The notes beneath the pieces are model-generated. The model made no database searches and was not told the DNA's origin. It saw only the letters and a list, made by a program, of their open reading frames with translations. A stretch of 64,000 bases of DNA from Antedon mediterranea. Lineage: Eukaryota > Animalia > Echinodermata. Both the position numbers and the translations under genes were made by a program. Below are positions 40,801-54,900 of the stretch, in pieces. The DNA is taken from positions 9,144,201-9,208,200 of the forward strand of contig NC_092679.1 in the NCBI RefSeq assembly GCF_964355755.1, given 5' to 3'. Numbering within the stretch: the stretch's first letter is position 1; each line of letters starts with the position of its first letter.

Positions 40801-42976
40801 AGCACTTTGGTGTTTTTATGTTAACAAGTTTTTTCGAAAATCACAAAATGGTCTAAAACGTCTCCAAATGCGATTTGAAGCTATTTTAAGCACTTTGGTG
40901 TTTTTGTGTTAACAAGTTTTTCGAAATGCTCAAAATGGTCTAAAACGTTTCCAAATGCGATTTGAAGCTATTCTGTACACTTTGATGTTTTGTGTGAAAA
41001 TTTTCTGTCGAAATGCTCAAAATGGTCAAAAACGTTTTTAAATACGATATTAAGCTACTTTGTGCTCTTTGATGTTTTTGTGTGAAATGTTTTATCGAAA
41101 TGCTCAAAATGGTCTAAAACGGTTTCTAATGTGATTTCAAGCACTTTGATGTTTTTGTGTAACCAAGTTTTTCGAAAATCACAAAATTGTCTAAAACGTC
41201 TCCAAATGCGATTTGAAGCTATTCTGTACTCTTTGATGTTTTTATGTTAACAAGTTTTTCGAAAATCACAAAATGGTCTAAAACGTCTCCAAATGCGATT
41301 TTAAGCTATTCTAAGCACTTTGGTGTTTTTATGTTAACAAGTTTTTTTGAAATCACAAAATGGTCTAAAACGTCTCTAAATGAGATTTGAAGCTTTTCTG
41401 TACATTTTGATGTTTTTATGTTAACAAGTTTTTTCGAAAATCACAAAATGGTCTAAAATGTCTCCAAATGCGATTTGAAGCTATTCTAAGCACTTTGGTG
41501 TTTTTATGGAAACAATTTTTTTCGAAAATCACAAAATGGTCTAAAACGTCTCCAAATGTGATTTGAAGCTATTCTGTACACTTTGATGTTTTTATGTTAG
41601 CAAGTTTTTTCGAAAATCACAAAATGGTCTAAAACGTCTACAAATGCGATTTGAAGCTAATCTGTACACTTTGATGTTTTTATGTTAACAAGTTTTTTCG
41701 AAAATCACAAAAGGGTCTAAAATGTCTGTAAATGCGATTTGAAGCTATTTAAAGCACTTTGGTGTTTTTAGGTTAACAAGTTTTTTCGAAAATCACAAAA
41801 GGGTCTAAAATGTCTGTAAATGCGATTTGAAGCTATTTAAAGCACTTTGGTGTTTTTAGGTTAACAAGTTTTTTCGAAAATCACAAAATGGTCTAAAACG
41901 TCTACAAATGCGATTTGAAGCTATTCTAAGCACTTTTGTGTTTTTATGTTAACAAGTTTTTTCGAAAATCACAAAATGGTCTAAAATGTCTCCAAATGCG
42001 ATTTGAAGCTATTCTAAGCACTTTGGTGTTTTTATGGAAACAATTTTTTTCGAAAATCACAAAATGGTCTAAAACGTCTCCAAATGTGATTTGAAGCTAT
42101 TCTGTACACTTTGATGTTTTTATGTTAGCAAGTTTTTTCGAAAATCACAAAATGGTCTAAAACGTCTACAAATGCGATTTGTAGCTAATCTGTACACTTT
42201 GATGTTTTTATGTTAACAAGTTTTTTCGAAAATCACAAAAGGGTCTAAAATGTCTGTAAATGCGATTTGAAGCTATTTAAAGCACTTTGGTGTTTTTAGA
42301 TTAACAAGTTTTTTCGAAAATCACAAAATGGTCTAAAACGTCTACAAATGCGATTTGAAGCTATTCTAAGCACTTTTGTGTTTTTATGTTAACAAGTTTT
42401 TTCGAAAATCACAAAATGGTCTAAAACGTCTCCAAATGCGATTTGAAGCTATTTTAAGCACTTTGGTGTTTTTGTGTTAACAAGTTTTTCGAAAATCACA
42501 AAATGGTCTAAAACGTTTCCAAATGCGATTTGAAGCTATTCTGTACACTTTGATGTTTTGTGTGAAAATTTTCTTTCGAAATGCTCAAAATGGTCAAAAA
42601 CGTTTTTAAATACGATATTAAGCTACTTTGTGCTCTTTGATGTTTTTGTGTGAAATGTTTTATCGAAATGCTCAAAATGGTCTAAAACGGTTTCTAATGT
42701 GATTTCAAGCACTTTGATGTTTTTGTGTAACCAAGTTTTTCGAAAATCACAAAATTGTCTAAAACGTCTCCAAATGCGATTTGAAGCTATTCTGTACACT
42801 TTGATGTTTTTATGTTAACAAGTTTTTCGAAAATCACAAAATGGTCTAAAACGTCTCCAAATGCGATTTGAAGCTATTCTGTACACTTTGATGTTTTTAT
42901 GTTAACAAGTTTTTCGAAAATCACAAAATGGTCTAAAACGTCTCTAAATGCGATTTGAAGCTTTTCTGTACACTTT
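37500..42976. repeat. Long inverted repeat (fold-back): arms 37500-40149 and 40327-42976, spacer 40150-40326 (177 bp)
   Basis: Paired positions sum to 80476 at every marker checked: A40149/T40327, rare GCTAC C38295/G42181, and G37515/C42961. The doubled 'ACCT...ACAGACATT' monomers and GCACTTAAG are mirrored. The first mismatch found is T37499/G42977. Confidence 0.93.
40306..40345. other. Junction hairpin: 18-bp perfect stem with TGAT loop
   Basis: ACGTTTTAGACCATTTTG (40306-40323) - TGAT - CAAAATGGTCTAAAACGT (40328-40345). Confidence 0.95.
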
Positions 42977-45900
42977 GATGTTTTTATGTTAACAACTTTT
43001 TTCGAAAATCACAAAATGGTCTAAAACGTCTACAAATGCGATTTGAAGCTATTCTAAGCACTTTTGTGTTTTTATGTTAACAAGTTTTTTCGAAAATAAC
43101 AAAATGGTCTAAAACGTCTGCAAATGCGATTTGAAGCTATTTTAAGCACTTTGGTGTTTTTGTGTTAACAAGTTTTTCGAAATGCTCAAAATGGTCTAAA
43201 ACGTTTCCAAATGCGATTTGAAGCTATTCTGTACACTTTGATGTTTTGTGTGAAAATTTTCTGTCGAAATGCTCAAAATGGTCAAAAACGTTTTTAAATA
43301 CGATATTAAGCTACTTTGTGCTCTTTGATGTTTTTGTGTGAAATGTTTTATCGAAATGCTCAAAATGGTTTAAAACGGTTTCTAATGTGATTTCAAGCAC
43401 TTTGATGTTTTTGTGTAACCAAGTTTTTCGAAAATCACAAAATTGTCTAAAACGTCTCCAAATGCGATTTGAAGCTATTCTGTACACTTTGGTGTTTTTA
43501 TGTTAACAAGTTTTTTCGAAAATCACAAAATGGTCTAAAACATCTCCAAATGCGATTTAAAGCTATTTTAAGCACTTTTGTGTTTTTGTGTTAACAAGTT
43601 TTTCGAAAATCACAAAATGGTCTAAAACGTTTCCAAATGCGATTTGAAGCTATTCTGTACACTTTGATGTTTTGTGTGAAAATTTTCTTTCGAAATGCTC
43701 AAAATGGTCAAAAAAGTTTTTAAATACGATATTAAGCTACTTTGTGCTCTTTGATGTTTTTGTGTGAAATGTTTTATCGAAATGCTCAAAATGGTCTAAA
43801 ACGGTTTCTAATGTGATTTCAAGCACTTTGATGTTTTTGTGTAACCAAGTTTTTCGAAAATCACAAAATTGTCTAAAACGTCTCCAAATGCGATTTGAAG
43901 CTATTCTGTACACTTTGATGTTTTTATGTTAACAAGTTTTTCGAAAATCACAAAATGGTCTAAAACGTCTCCAAATGCGATTTGAAGCTATTCTGTACAC
44001 TTTGATGTTTTTATGTTAACAAGTTTTTCGAAAATCACAAAATGGTCTAAAACGTCTCTAAATGCGATTTGAAGCTTTTCTGTACACTTTGATGTTTTTA
44101 TGTTAACAACTTTTTTCGAAAATCACAAAATGGTCTAAAATGTCTCCAAATGCGATTTGAAGCTATTCTAAGCACTTTGATGTTTTTATGTTACCAAGTT
44201 TTTTCGAAAATCACAAAATGGTCTAAAATGTCTCCAATAGCGATTTTAAGCTATTCTGTACACTTTGATGTTTTTATGTTAACAAGTTTTTCGAAAATCA
44301 CAAAATGGTCTAAAACGTCTCCAAATGCGATTTTAAGCTATTCTAAGCACTTTGGTGTTTTTATGTTAACAAGTTTTTTTGAAAATCACAAAATGGTCTA
44401 AAACGTCTCTAAATGCGATTTGAAGCTTTTCTGTACACTTTGATGTTTTTATGTTAACAACTTTTTTCGAAAATCACAAAATGGTCTAAAATGTCTCCAA
44501 ATGCGATTTGAAGCTATTCTAAGCACTTTGGTGTTTTTATGGAAACAATTTTTTTCGAAAATCACAAAATGGTCTAAAACGTCTCCAATAGCGATTTGAA
44601 GCTTTTCTGTACACTTTGGTGTTTTTATGTTAACAAGTTTTTTCGAAAATCACAAAATGGTCTAAAACGTCTCCAAATGCGATTTGAAGCTAATCTGTAC
44701 ACTTTGATGTTTTTATGTTAACAAGTTTTTTCGAAGATCACAAAATGGTCTAAAACGTCTACAAATGCAATTTGAAGCTATTCTAAGCACTTTTGTGTTT
44801 TTATGTTAACAAGTTTTTTCGAAAATCACAAAATGGTCTAAAACGTCTGCAAATGCGATTTTAAACTATTCTTAGCACATTGGTGTTTTTATTTAAACAA
44901 ATTTTTTCGAAACTCACAAAATGGTCTAAAACGTCTCCAAATGCGATTTGAAGCTATTTTAAGCACTTTGGTGTTTTTGTGTTAACAAGTTTTTCGAAAT
45001 GCTCAAAATGGTCTAAAACGTTTTTAAACACGATATTAAGCTATTTTGTGCTCTTTGGTGTTTTTTTGTGAAAAGTTTTAGCAAAATGCTCAAAATGGTC
45101 TAAAACGATTTCTAATGTGATTTTAAGCACTTTGATGTTTTTATGTTAACTAGTTTTTTCGAAAATCACAAAATGGTCTAAAACGTCTCCAAATGCGATT
45201 TGAAGCTATTTTAAGCACTTAAGTGCTTTTGTGTAACCAAGTTTTTTTGAAAATCACAAAAGGGTCTAAAATGTCTCCAAATGTGATTTGAAGCTATTTT
45301 AAGCACTTTGGTGTTTTTGTGTTAACAAGTTTTTCGGAAATCACAAAATTGTCTAAAACGTCTCCAAATGCGATTTGAAGCTATTCTGTACACTTTGATG
45401 TTTTTATGTTAACAAGTTTTTTAGAAAATCACAAAATGGTCTAAAACATCTCCAAATGCGATTTAAAGCTATTTTAAGCACTTTGGTGTTTTTATGTTAA
45501 CAAGTTTTTTCGAAAATCACAAAATGGTCTAAAACGTCTCCAAATGCGATTTGAAGCTTTTCTGTACACTTTGGTGTTTTTATGGAAACAATTTTTTTCG
45601 AAAATCACAAAATGGTCTAAAATGTCTCCAAATGCGATTTGAAGCTATTCTAAGCACTTTGATGTTTTTATGTTAACAAGTTTTTTCGAAAATCACAAAA
45701 TGGTCTAAAACGTCTCCAATAGCGATTTTAAGCTATTCTGTACACTTTGATGTTTTTATGTTAACAACTTTTTTCGAAAATCACAAAATGGTCTAAAATG
45801 TCTCCAAATGCGATTTGAAGCTATTCTAAGCACTTTGGTGTTTTTATGGAAACAATTTTTTTCGAAAATCACAAAATGGTCTAAAACGTCTCCAATAGCA

Positions 45901-48900
45901 ATTTGAAGCTTTTCTTTACACTTTGGTGTTTTTATGTTAACAAGTTTTTTCGAAAATCACAAAATGATCTAAAACGTCTCCAAATGCGATTTGAAGCTAT
46001 TCTGTACACTTTGATGTTTTTATGTTAACAAGTTTTTTCGAAAATCACAAAATGTTCTAAAACGTCTACAAATGCAATTTGAAGCTATTCTAAGCACTTT
46101 TGTGTTTTTATGTTAACAAGTTTTTTCGAAAATCACAAAATGGTCTAAAACGTCTGCAAATGCGATTTGAAATTATTCTTAGCACATTGGTGTTTTTATT
46201 TAAACAAATTTTTTCGAAACTCACAAAATGGTCTAAAACGTCTCCAAATGCGATTTGAAGCTATTTTAAGCACTTTGGTGTTTTTGTGTTAACAAGTTTT
46301 TCGAAATGCTCAAAATGGTCTAAAACGTTTTTAAACACGATATTAAGCTATTTTGTGCTCTTTGGTGTTTTTTTGTGAAAAGTTTTAGCAAAATGCTCAA
46401 AATGGTCTAAAACGATTTCTAATGTGATTTTAAGCACTTTGATGTTTTTATGTTAACTAGTTTTTTCGAAAATCACAAAATGGTCTAAAACGTCTCCAAA
46501 TGCGATTTGAAGCTATTTTAAGCACTTAGGTGCTTTTGTGTAACCAAGATTTTTTGAAAATCACAAAAGGGTCTAAAATGTCTCCAAATGTGATTTGAAG
46601 CTATTTTAAGCACTTTGGTGTTTTTGTGTTAACAAGTTTTTCGGAAATCACAAAATTGTCTAAAACGTCTCCAAATGCGATTTGAAGCTATTCTGTACAC
46701 TTTGATGTTTTTATGTTAACAAGTTTTTTAGAAAATCACAAAATGGTCTAAAACATCTCCAAATGCGATTTAAAGCTATTTTAAGCACTTTGGTGTTTTT
46801 ATGTTAACAAGTTTTTTCGAAAATCACAAAATGGTCTAAAACGTCTCCAAATGCGATTTGAAGCTATTTTAAGCACTTGGGTGTTTTTGTGTTAACAAGT
46901 TTTTCGAAATGCTCAAAATGGTCTAAAACGTTTCCAAATGCGATTTGAAGCTATTCTGTACACTTTGATGTTTTGTGTGAAAATTTTCTGTCGAAATGCT
47001 CAAAATGGTCAAAAACGTTTTTAAAAACGATATTAAGCTACTTTGTGCTCTTTGATGTTTTTGTGTGAAATGTTTTATCGAAATGCTCAAAATGGTCTAA
47101 AACGGTTTCTAATGTGATTTCAAGCACTTTGATGTTTTTGTGTAACCAAGTTTTTCGAAAATCACAAAATTGTCTAAAACGTCTCCAAATGCGATTTGAA
47201 GCTATTCTGTACTCTTTGATGTTTTTATGTTAACAAGTTTTTCGAAAATCACAAAATGGTCTAAAACGTCTCCAAATGCGATTTTAAGCTATTCTAAGCA
47301 CTTTGGTGTTTTTATGTTAACAAGTTTTTTTGAAATCACAAAATGGTCTAAAATGTCTCTAAATGAGATTTGAAGCTTTTCTGTACATTTTGATGTTTTT
47401 ATGTTAACAAGTTTTTTCGAAAATCACAAAATGGTCTAAAATGTCTCCAAATGCGATTTGAAGCTATTCTAAGCACTTTGGTGTTTTTATGGAAACAATT
47501 TTTTTCGAAAATCACAAAATGGTCTAAAACGTCTCCAAATGTGATTTGAAGCTATTCTGTACACTTTGATGTTTTTATGTTAACAAGTTTTTTCGAAAAT
47601 CACAAAATGGTCTAAAACGTCTCCAAATGCGATTTGAAGCTATTTTAAGCACTTTGGTGTTTTTGTGTTAACAAGTTTTTCGAAAATCACAAAATGGTCT
47701 AAAACGTTTCCAAATGCGATTTGAAGCTATTCTGTACACTTTGATGTTTTGTGTGAAAATTTTCTTTCGAAATGCTCAAAATGGTCAAAAACGTTTTTAA
47801 ATACGATATTAAGCTACTTTGTGCTCTTTGATGTTTTTGTGTGAAATGTTTTATCGAAATGCTCAAAATGGTCTAAAACGGTTTCTAATGTGATTTCAAG
47901 CACTTTGATGTTTTTGTGTAACCAAGTTTTTCGAAAATCACAAAATTGTCTAAAACGTCTCCAAATGCGATTTGAAGCTATTCTGTACACTTTGATGTTT
48001 TTATGTTAACAAGTTTTTCGAAAATCACAAAATGGTCTAAAACGTCTCCAAATGCGATTTGAAGCTATTCTGTACACTTTGATGTTTTTATGTTAACAAG
48101 TTTTTCGAAAATCACAAAATGGTCTAAAACGTCTCTAAATGCGATTTGAAGCTTTTCTGTACACTTTGATGTTTTTATGTTAACAACTTTTTTCGAAAAT
48201 CACAAAATGGTCTAAAACGTCTACAAATGCGATTTGAAGCTATTCTAAGCACTTTTGTGTTTTTATGTTAACAAGTTTTTTCGAAAATAACAAAATGGTC
48301 TAAAACGTCTGCAAATGCGATTTGAAGCTATTTTAAGCACTTTGGTGTTTTTGTGTTAACAAGTTTTTCGAAATGCTCAAAATGGTCTAAAACGTTTCCA
48401 AATGCGATTTGAAGCTATTCTGTACACTTTGATGTTTTGTGTGAAAATTTTCTGTCGAAATGCTCAAAATGGTCAAAAACGTTTTTAAATACGATATTAA
48501 GCTACTTTGTGCTCTTTGATGTTTTTGTGTGAAATGTTTTATCGAAATGCTCAAAATGGTTTAAAACGGTTTCTAATGTGATTTCAAGCACTTTGATGTT
48601 TTTGTGTAACCAAGTTTTTCGAAAATCACAAAATTGTCTAAAACGTCTCCAAATGCGATTTGAAGCTATTCTGTACACTTTGGTGTTTTTATGTTAACAA
48701 GTTTTTTCGAAAATCACAAAATGGTCTAAAACATCTCCAAATGCGATTTAAAGCTATTTTAAGCACTTTTGTGTTTTTGTGTTAACAAGTTTTTCGAAAA
48801 TCACAAAATGGTCTAAAACGTTTCCAAATGCGATTTGAAGCTATTCTGTACACTTTGATGTTTTGTGTGAAAATTTTCTTTCGAAATGCTCAAAATGGTC

Positions 48901-51900
48901 AAAAAAGTTTTTAAATACGATATTAAGCTACTTTGTGCTCTTTGATGTTTTTGTGTGAAATGTTTTATCGAAATGCTCAAAATGGTCTAAAACGGTTTCT
49001 AATGTGATTTCAAGCACTTTGATGTTTTTGTGTAACCAAGTTTTTCGAAAATCACAAAATTGTCTAAAACGTCTCCAAATGCGATTTGAAGCTATTCTGT
49101 ACACTTTGATGTTTTTATGTTAACAAGTTTTTCGAAAATCACAAAATGGTCTAAAACGTCTCCAAATGCGATTTGAAGCTATTCTGTACACTTTGATGTT
49201 TTTATGTTAACAAGTTTTTCGAAAATCACAAAATGGTCTAAAACGTCTCTAAATGCGATTTGAAGCTTTTCTGTACACTTTGATGTTTTTATGTTAACAA
49301 CTTTTTTCGAAAATCACAAAATGGTCTAAAATGTCTCCAAATGCGATTTGAAGCTATTCTAAGCACTTTGATGTTTTTATGTTACCAAGTTTTTTCGAAA
49401 ATCACAAAATGGTCTAAAATGTCTCCAATAGCGATTTTAAGCTATTCTGTACACTTTGATGTTTTTATGTTAACAAGTTTTTCGAAAATCACAAAATGGT
49501 CTAAAACGTCTCCAAATGCGATTTTAAGCTATTCTAAGCACTTTGGTGTTTTTATGTTAACAAGTTTTTTTGAAAATCACAAAATGGTCTAAAACGTCTC
49601 TAAATGCGATTTGAAGCTTTTCTGTACACTTTGATGTTTTTATGTTAACAACTTTTTTCGAAAATCACAAAATGGTCTAAAATGTCTCCAAATGCGATTT
49701 GAAGCTATTCTAAGCACTTTGGTGTTTTTATGGAAACAATTTTTTTCGAAAATCACAAAATGGTCTAAAACGTCTCCAATAGCGATTTGAAGCTTTTCTG
49801 TACACTTTGGTGTTTTTATGTTAACAAGTTTTTTCGAAAATCACAAAATGGTCTAAAACGTCTCCAAATGCGATTTGAAGCTAATCTGTACACTTTGATG
49901 TTTTTATGTTAACAAGTTTTTTCGAAGATCACAAAATGGTCTAAAACGTCTACAAATGCAATTTGAAGCTATTCTAAGCACTTTTGTGTTTTTATGTTAA
50001 CAAGTTTTTTCGAAAATCACAAAATGGTCTAAAACGTCTGCAAATGCGATTTTAAACTATTCTTAGCACATTGGTGTTTTTATTTAAACAAATTTTTTCG
50101 AAACTCACAAAATGGTCTAAAACGTCTCCAAATGCGATTTGAAGCTATTTTAAGCACTTTGGTGTTTTTGTGTTAACAAGTTTTTCGAAATGCTCAAAAT
50201 GGTCTAAAACGTTTTTAAACACGATATTAAGCTATTTTGTGCTCTTTGGTGTTTTTTTGTGAAAAGTTTTAGCAAAATGCTCAAAATGGTCTAAAACGAT
50301 TTCTAATGTGATTTTAAGCACTTTGATGTTTTTATGTTAACTAGTTTTTTCGAAAATCACAAAATGGTCTAAAACGTCTCCAAATGCGATTTGAAGCTAT
50401 TTTAAGCACTTAAGTGCTTTTGTGTAACCAAGTTTTTTTGAAAATCACAAAAGGGTCTAAAATGTCTCCAAATGTGATTTGAAGCTATTTTAAGCACTTT
50501 GGTGTTTTTGTGTTAACAAGTTTTTCGGAAATCACAAAATTGTCTAAAACGTCTCCAAATGCGATTTGAAGCTATTCTGTACACTTTGATGTTTTTATGT
50601 TAACAAGTTTTTTAGAAAATCACAAAATGGTCTAAAACATCTCCAAATGCGATTTAAAGCTATTTTAAGCACTTTGGTGTTTTTATGTTAACAAGTTTTT
50701 TCGAAAATCACAAAATGGTCTAAAACGTCTCCAAATGCGATTTGAAGCTTTTCTGTACACTTTGGTGTTTTTATGGAAACAATTTTTTTCGAAAATCACA
50801 AAATGGTCTAAAATGTCTCCAAATGCGATTTGAAGCTATTCTAAGCACTTTGATGTTTTTATGTTAACAAGTTTTTTCGAAAATCACAAAATGGTCTAAA
50901 ACGTCTCCAATAGCGATTTTAAGCTATTCTGTACACTTTGATGTTTTTATGTTAACAACTTTTTTCGAAAATCACAAAATGGTCTAAAATGTCTCCAAAT
51001 GCGATTTGAAGCTATTCTAAGCACTTTGGTGTTTTTATGGAAACAATTTTTTTCGAAAATCACAAAATGGTCTAAAACGTCTCCAATAGCAATTTGAAGC
51101 TTTTCTTTACACTTTGGTGTTTTTATGTTAACAAGTTTTTTCGAAAATCACAAAATGATCTAAAACGTCTCCAAATGCGATTTGAAGCTATTCTGTACAC
51201 TTTGATGTTTTTATGTTAACAAGTTTTTTCGAAAATCACAAAATGTTCTAAAACGTCTACAAATGCAATTTGAAGCTATTCTAAGCACTTTTGTGTTTTT
51301 ATGTTAACAAGTTTTTTCGAAAATCACAAAATGGTCTAAAACGTCTGCAAATGCGATTTGAAATTATTCTTAGCACATTGGTGTTTTTATTTAAACAAAT
51401 TTTTTCGAAACTCACAAAATGGTCTAAAACGTCTCCAAATGCGATTTGAAGCTATTTTAAGCACTTTGGTGTTTTTGTGTTAACAAGTTTTTCGAAATGC
51501 TCAAAATGGTCTAAAACGTTTTTAAACACGATATTAAGCTATTTTGTGCTCTTTGGTGTTTTTTTGTGAAAAGTTTTAGCAAAATGCTCAAAATGGTCTA
51601 AAACGATTTCTAATGTGATTTTAAGCACTTTGATGTTTTTATGTTAACTAGTTTTTTCGAAAATCACAAAATGGTCTAAAACGTCTCCAAATGCGATTTG
51701 AAGCTATTTTAAGCACTTAGGTGCTTTTGTGTAACCAAGTTTTTTTGAAAATCACAAAAGGGTCTAAAATGTCTCCAAATGTGATTTGAAGCTATTTTAA
51801 GCACTTTGGTGTTTTTGTGTTAACAAGTTTTTCGGAAATCACAAAATTGTCTAAAACGTCTCCAAATGCGATTTGAAGCTATTCTGTACACTTTGATGTT

Positions 51901-54900
51901 TTTATGTTAACAAGTTTTTTAGAAAATCACAAAATGGTCTAAAACATCTCCAAATGCGATTTAAAGCTATTTTAAGCACTTTGGTGTTTTTATGTTAACA
52001 AGTTTTTTCGAAAATCACAAAATGGTCTAAAACGTCTCCAAATGCGATTTGAAGCTATTTTAAGCACTTGGGTGTTTTTGTGTTAACAAGTTTTTCGAAA
52101 TGCTCAAAATGGTCTAAAACGTTTCCAAATGCGATTTGAAGCTATTCTGTACACTTTGATGTTTTGTGTGAAAATTTTCTGTCGAAATGCTCAAAATGGT
52201 CAAAAACGTTTTTAAAAACGATATTAAGCTACTTTGTGCTCTTTGATGTTTTTGTGTGAAATGTTTTATCGAAATGCTCAAAATGGTCTAAAACGGTTTC
52301 TAATGTGATTTCAAGCACTTTGATGTTTTTGTGTAACCAAGTTTTTCGAAAATCACAAAATTGTCTAAAACGTCTCCAAATGCGATTTGAAGCTATTCTG
52401 TACTCTTTGATGTTTTTATGTTAACAAGTTTTTCGAAAATCACAAAATGGTCTAAAACGTCTCCAAATGCGATTTTAAGCTATTCTAAGCACTTTGGTGT
52501 TTTTATGTTAACAAGTTTTTTTGAAATCACAAAATGGTCTAAAATGTCTCTAAATGAGATTTGAAGCTTTTCTGTACATTTTGATGTTTTTATGTTAACA
52601 AGTTTTTTCGAAAATCACAAAATGGTCTAAAATGTCTCCAAATGCGATTTGAAGCTATTCTAAGCACTTTGGTGTTTTTATGGAAACAATTTTTTTCGAA
52701 AATCACAAAATGGTCTAAAACGTCTCCAAATGTGATTTGAAGCTATTCTGTACACTTTGATGTTTTTATGTTAGCAAGTTTTTTCGAAAATTACAAAATT
52801 GTCTAAAACGTCTACAAATGCGATTTGAAGCTAATCTGTACACTTTGATGTTTTTATGTTAACAAGTTTTTTCGAAAATCACAAAAGGGTCTAAAATGTC
52901 TCCAAATGCGATTTGAAGCTATTCTAAGCACTTTGATGTTTTTATGTTACCAAGTTTTTTCGAAAATCACAAAATGGTCTAAAACGTCTCCAATAGCGAT
53001 TTTAAGCTATTCTGTACACTTTGATGTTTTTATGTTAACAAGTTTTTCGAAAATCACAAAATGGTCTAAAACGTCTCCAAATGCGATTTTAAGCTATTCT
53101 AAGCACTTTGGTGTTTTTATGTTAACAAGTTTTTTTGAAAATCACAAAATGGTCTAAAACGTCTCTAAATGCGATTTGAAGCTTTTCTGTACAATTTGAT
53201 GTTTTTATGTTAACAACTTTTTTCGAAAATCACAAAATGGTCTAAAATGTCTCCAAATGCGATTTGAAGCTATTCTAAGCACTTTGGTGTTTTTATGGAA
53301 ACAATTTTTTTCGAAAATCACAAAATGGTCTAAAACGTCTCCAATAGCGATTTGAAGCTTTTCTGTACACTTTGGTGTTTTTATGTTAACAAGTTTTTTC
53401 GAAAATCACAAAATGGTCTAAAACGTCTCCAAATGCGATTTGAAGCTAATCTGTACACTTTGATGTTTTTATGTTAACAAGTTTTTTCGAAGATCACAAA
53501 ATGGTCTAAAACGTCTACAAATGCAATTTGAAGCTATTCTAAGCACTTTTGTGTTTTTATGTTAACAAGTTTTTTCGAAAATCACAAAATGGTCTAAAAC
53601 GTCTGCAAATGCGATTTTAAACTATTCTTAGCACATTGGTGTTTTTATTTAAACAAATTTTTTCGAAACTCACAAAATGGTCTAAAACGTCTCCAAATGC
53701 GATTTGAAGCTATTTTAAGCACTTTGGTGTTTTTGTGTTAACAAGTTTTTCGAAATGCTCAAAATGGTCTAAAACGTTTTTAAACACGATATTAAGCTAT
53801 TTTGTGCTCTTTGGTGTTTTTTTGTGAAAAGTTTTAGCAAAATGCTCAAAATGGTCTAAAACGATTTCTAATGTGATTTTAAGCACTTTGATGTTTTTAT
53901 GTTAACTAGTTTTTTCGAAAATCACAAAATGGTCTAAAACGTCTCCAAATGCGATTTGAAGCTATTTTAAGCACTTAAGTGCTTTTGTGTAACCAAGTTT
54001 TTTTGAAAATCACAAAAGGGTCTAAAATGTCTCCAAATGTGATTTGAAGCTATTTTAAGCACTTTGGTGTTTTTGTGTTAACAAGTTTTTCGGAAATCAC
54101 AAAATTGTCTAAAACGTCTCCAAATGCGATTTGAAGCTATTCTGTACACTTTGATGTTTTTATGTTAACAAGTTTTTTAGAAAATCACAAAATGGTCTAA
54201 AACATCTCCAAATGCGATTTAAAGCTATTTTAAGCACTTTGGTGTTTTTATGTTAACAAGTTTTTTCGAAAATCACAAAATGGTCTAAAACGTCTCCAAA
54301 TGCGATTTGAAGCTATTTTAAGCACTTTGGTGTTTTTGTGTTAACAAGTTTTTCGAAATGCTCAAAATGGTCTAAAACGTTTCCAAATGCGATTTGAAGC
54401 TATTCTGTACACTTTGATGTTTTGTGTGAAAATTTTCTGTCGAAATGCTCAAAATGGTCAAAAACGTTTTTAAATACGATATTAAGCTACTTTGTGCTCT
54501 TTGATGTTTTTGTGTGAAATGTTTTATCGAAATGCTCAAAATGGTCTAAAACGGTTTCTAATGTGATTTCAAGCACTTTGATGTTTTTGTGTAACCAAGT
54601 TTTTCGAAAATCACAAAATTGTCTAAAACGTCTCCAAATGCGATTTGAAGCTATTCTGTACTCTTTGATGTTTTTATGTTAACAAGTTTTTCGAAAATCA
54701 CAAAATGGTCTAAAACGTCTCCAAATGCGATTTTAAGCTATTCTAAGCACTTTGGTGTTTTTATGTTAACAAGTTTTTTTGAAATCACAAAATGGTCTAA
54801 AACGTCTCTAAATGAGATTTGAAGCTTTTCTGTACATTTTGATGTTTTTATGTTAACAAGTTTTTTCGAAAATCACAAAATGGTCTAAAATGTCTCCAAA

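Noticed and set aside
37500-42976. Foldback transposon or MITE with long terminal inverted repeats
   Set aside because: Arms and spacer are pure satellite in register with the flanks. There are no distinct termini, target-site duplication or transposase, and the orientation stays inverted to the window end.
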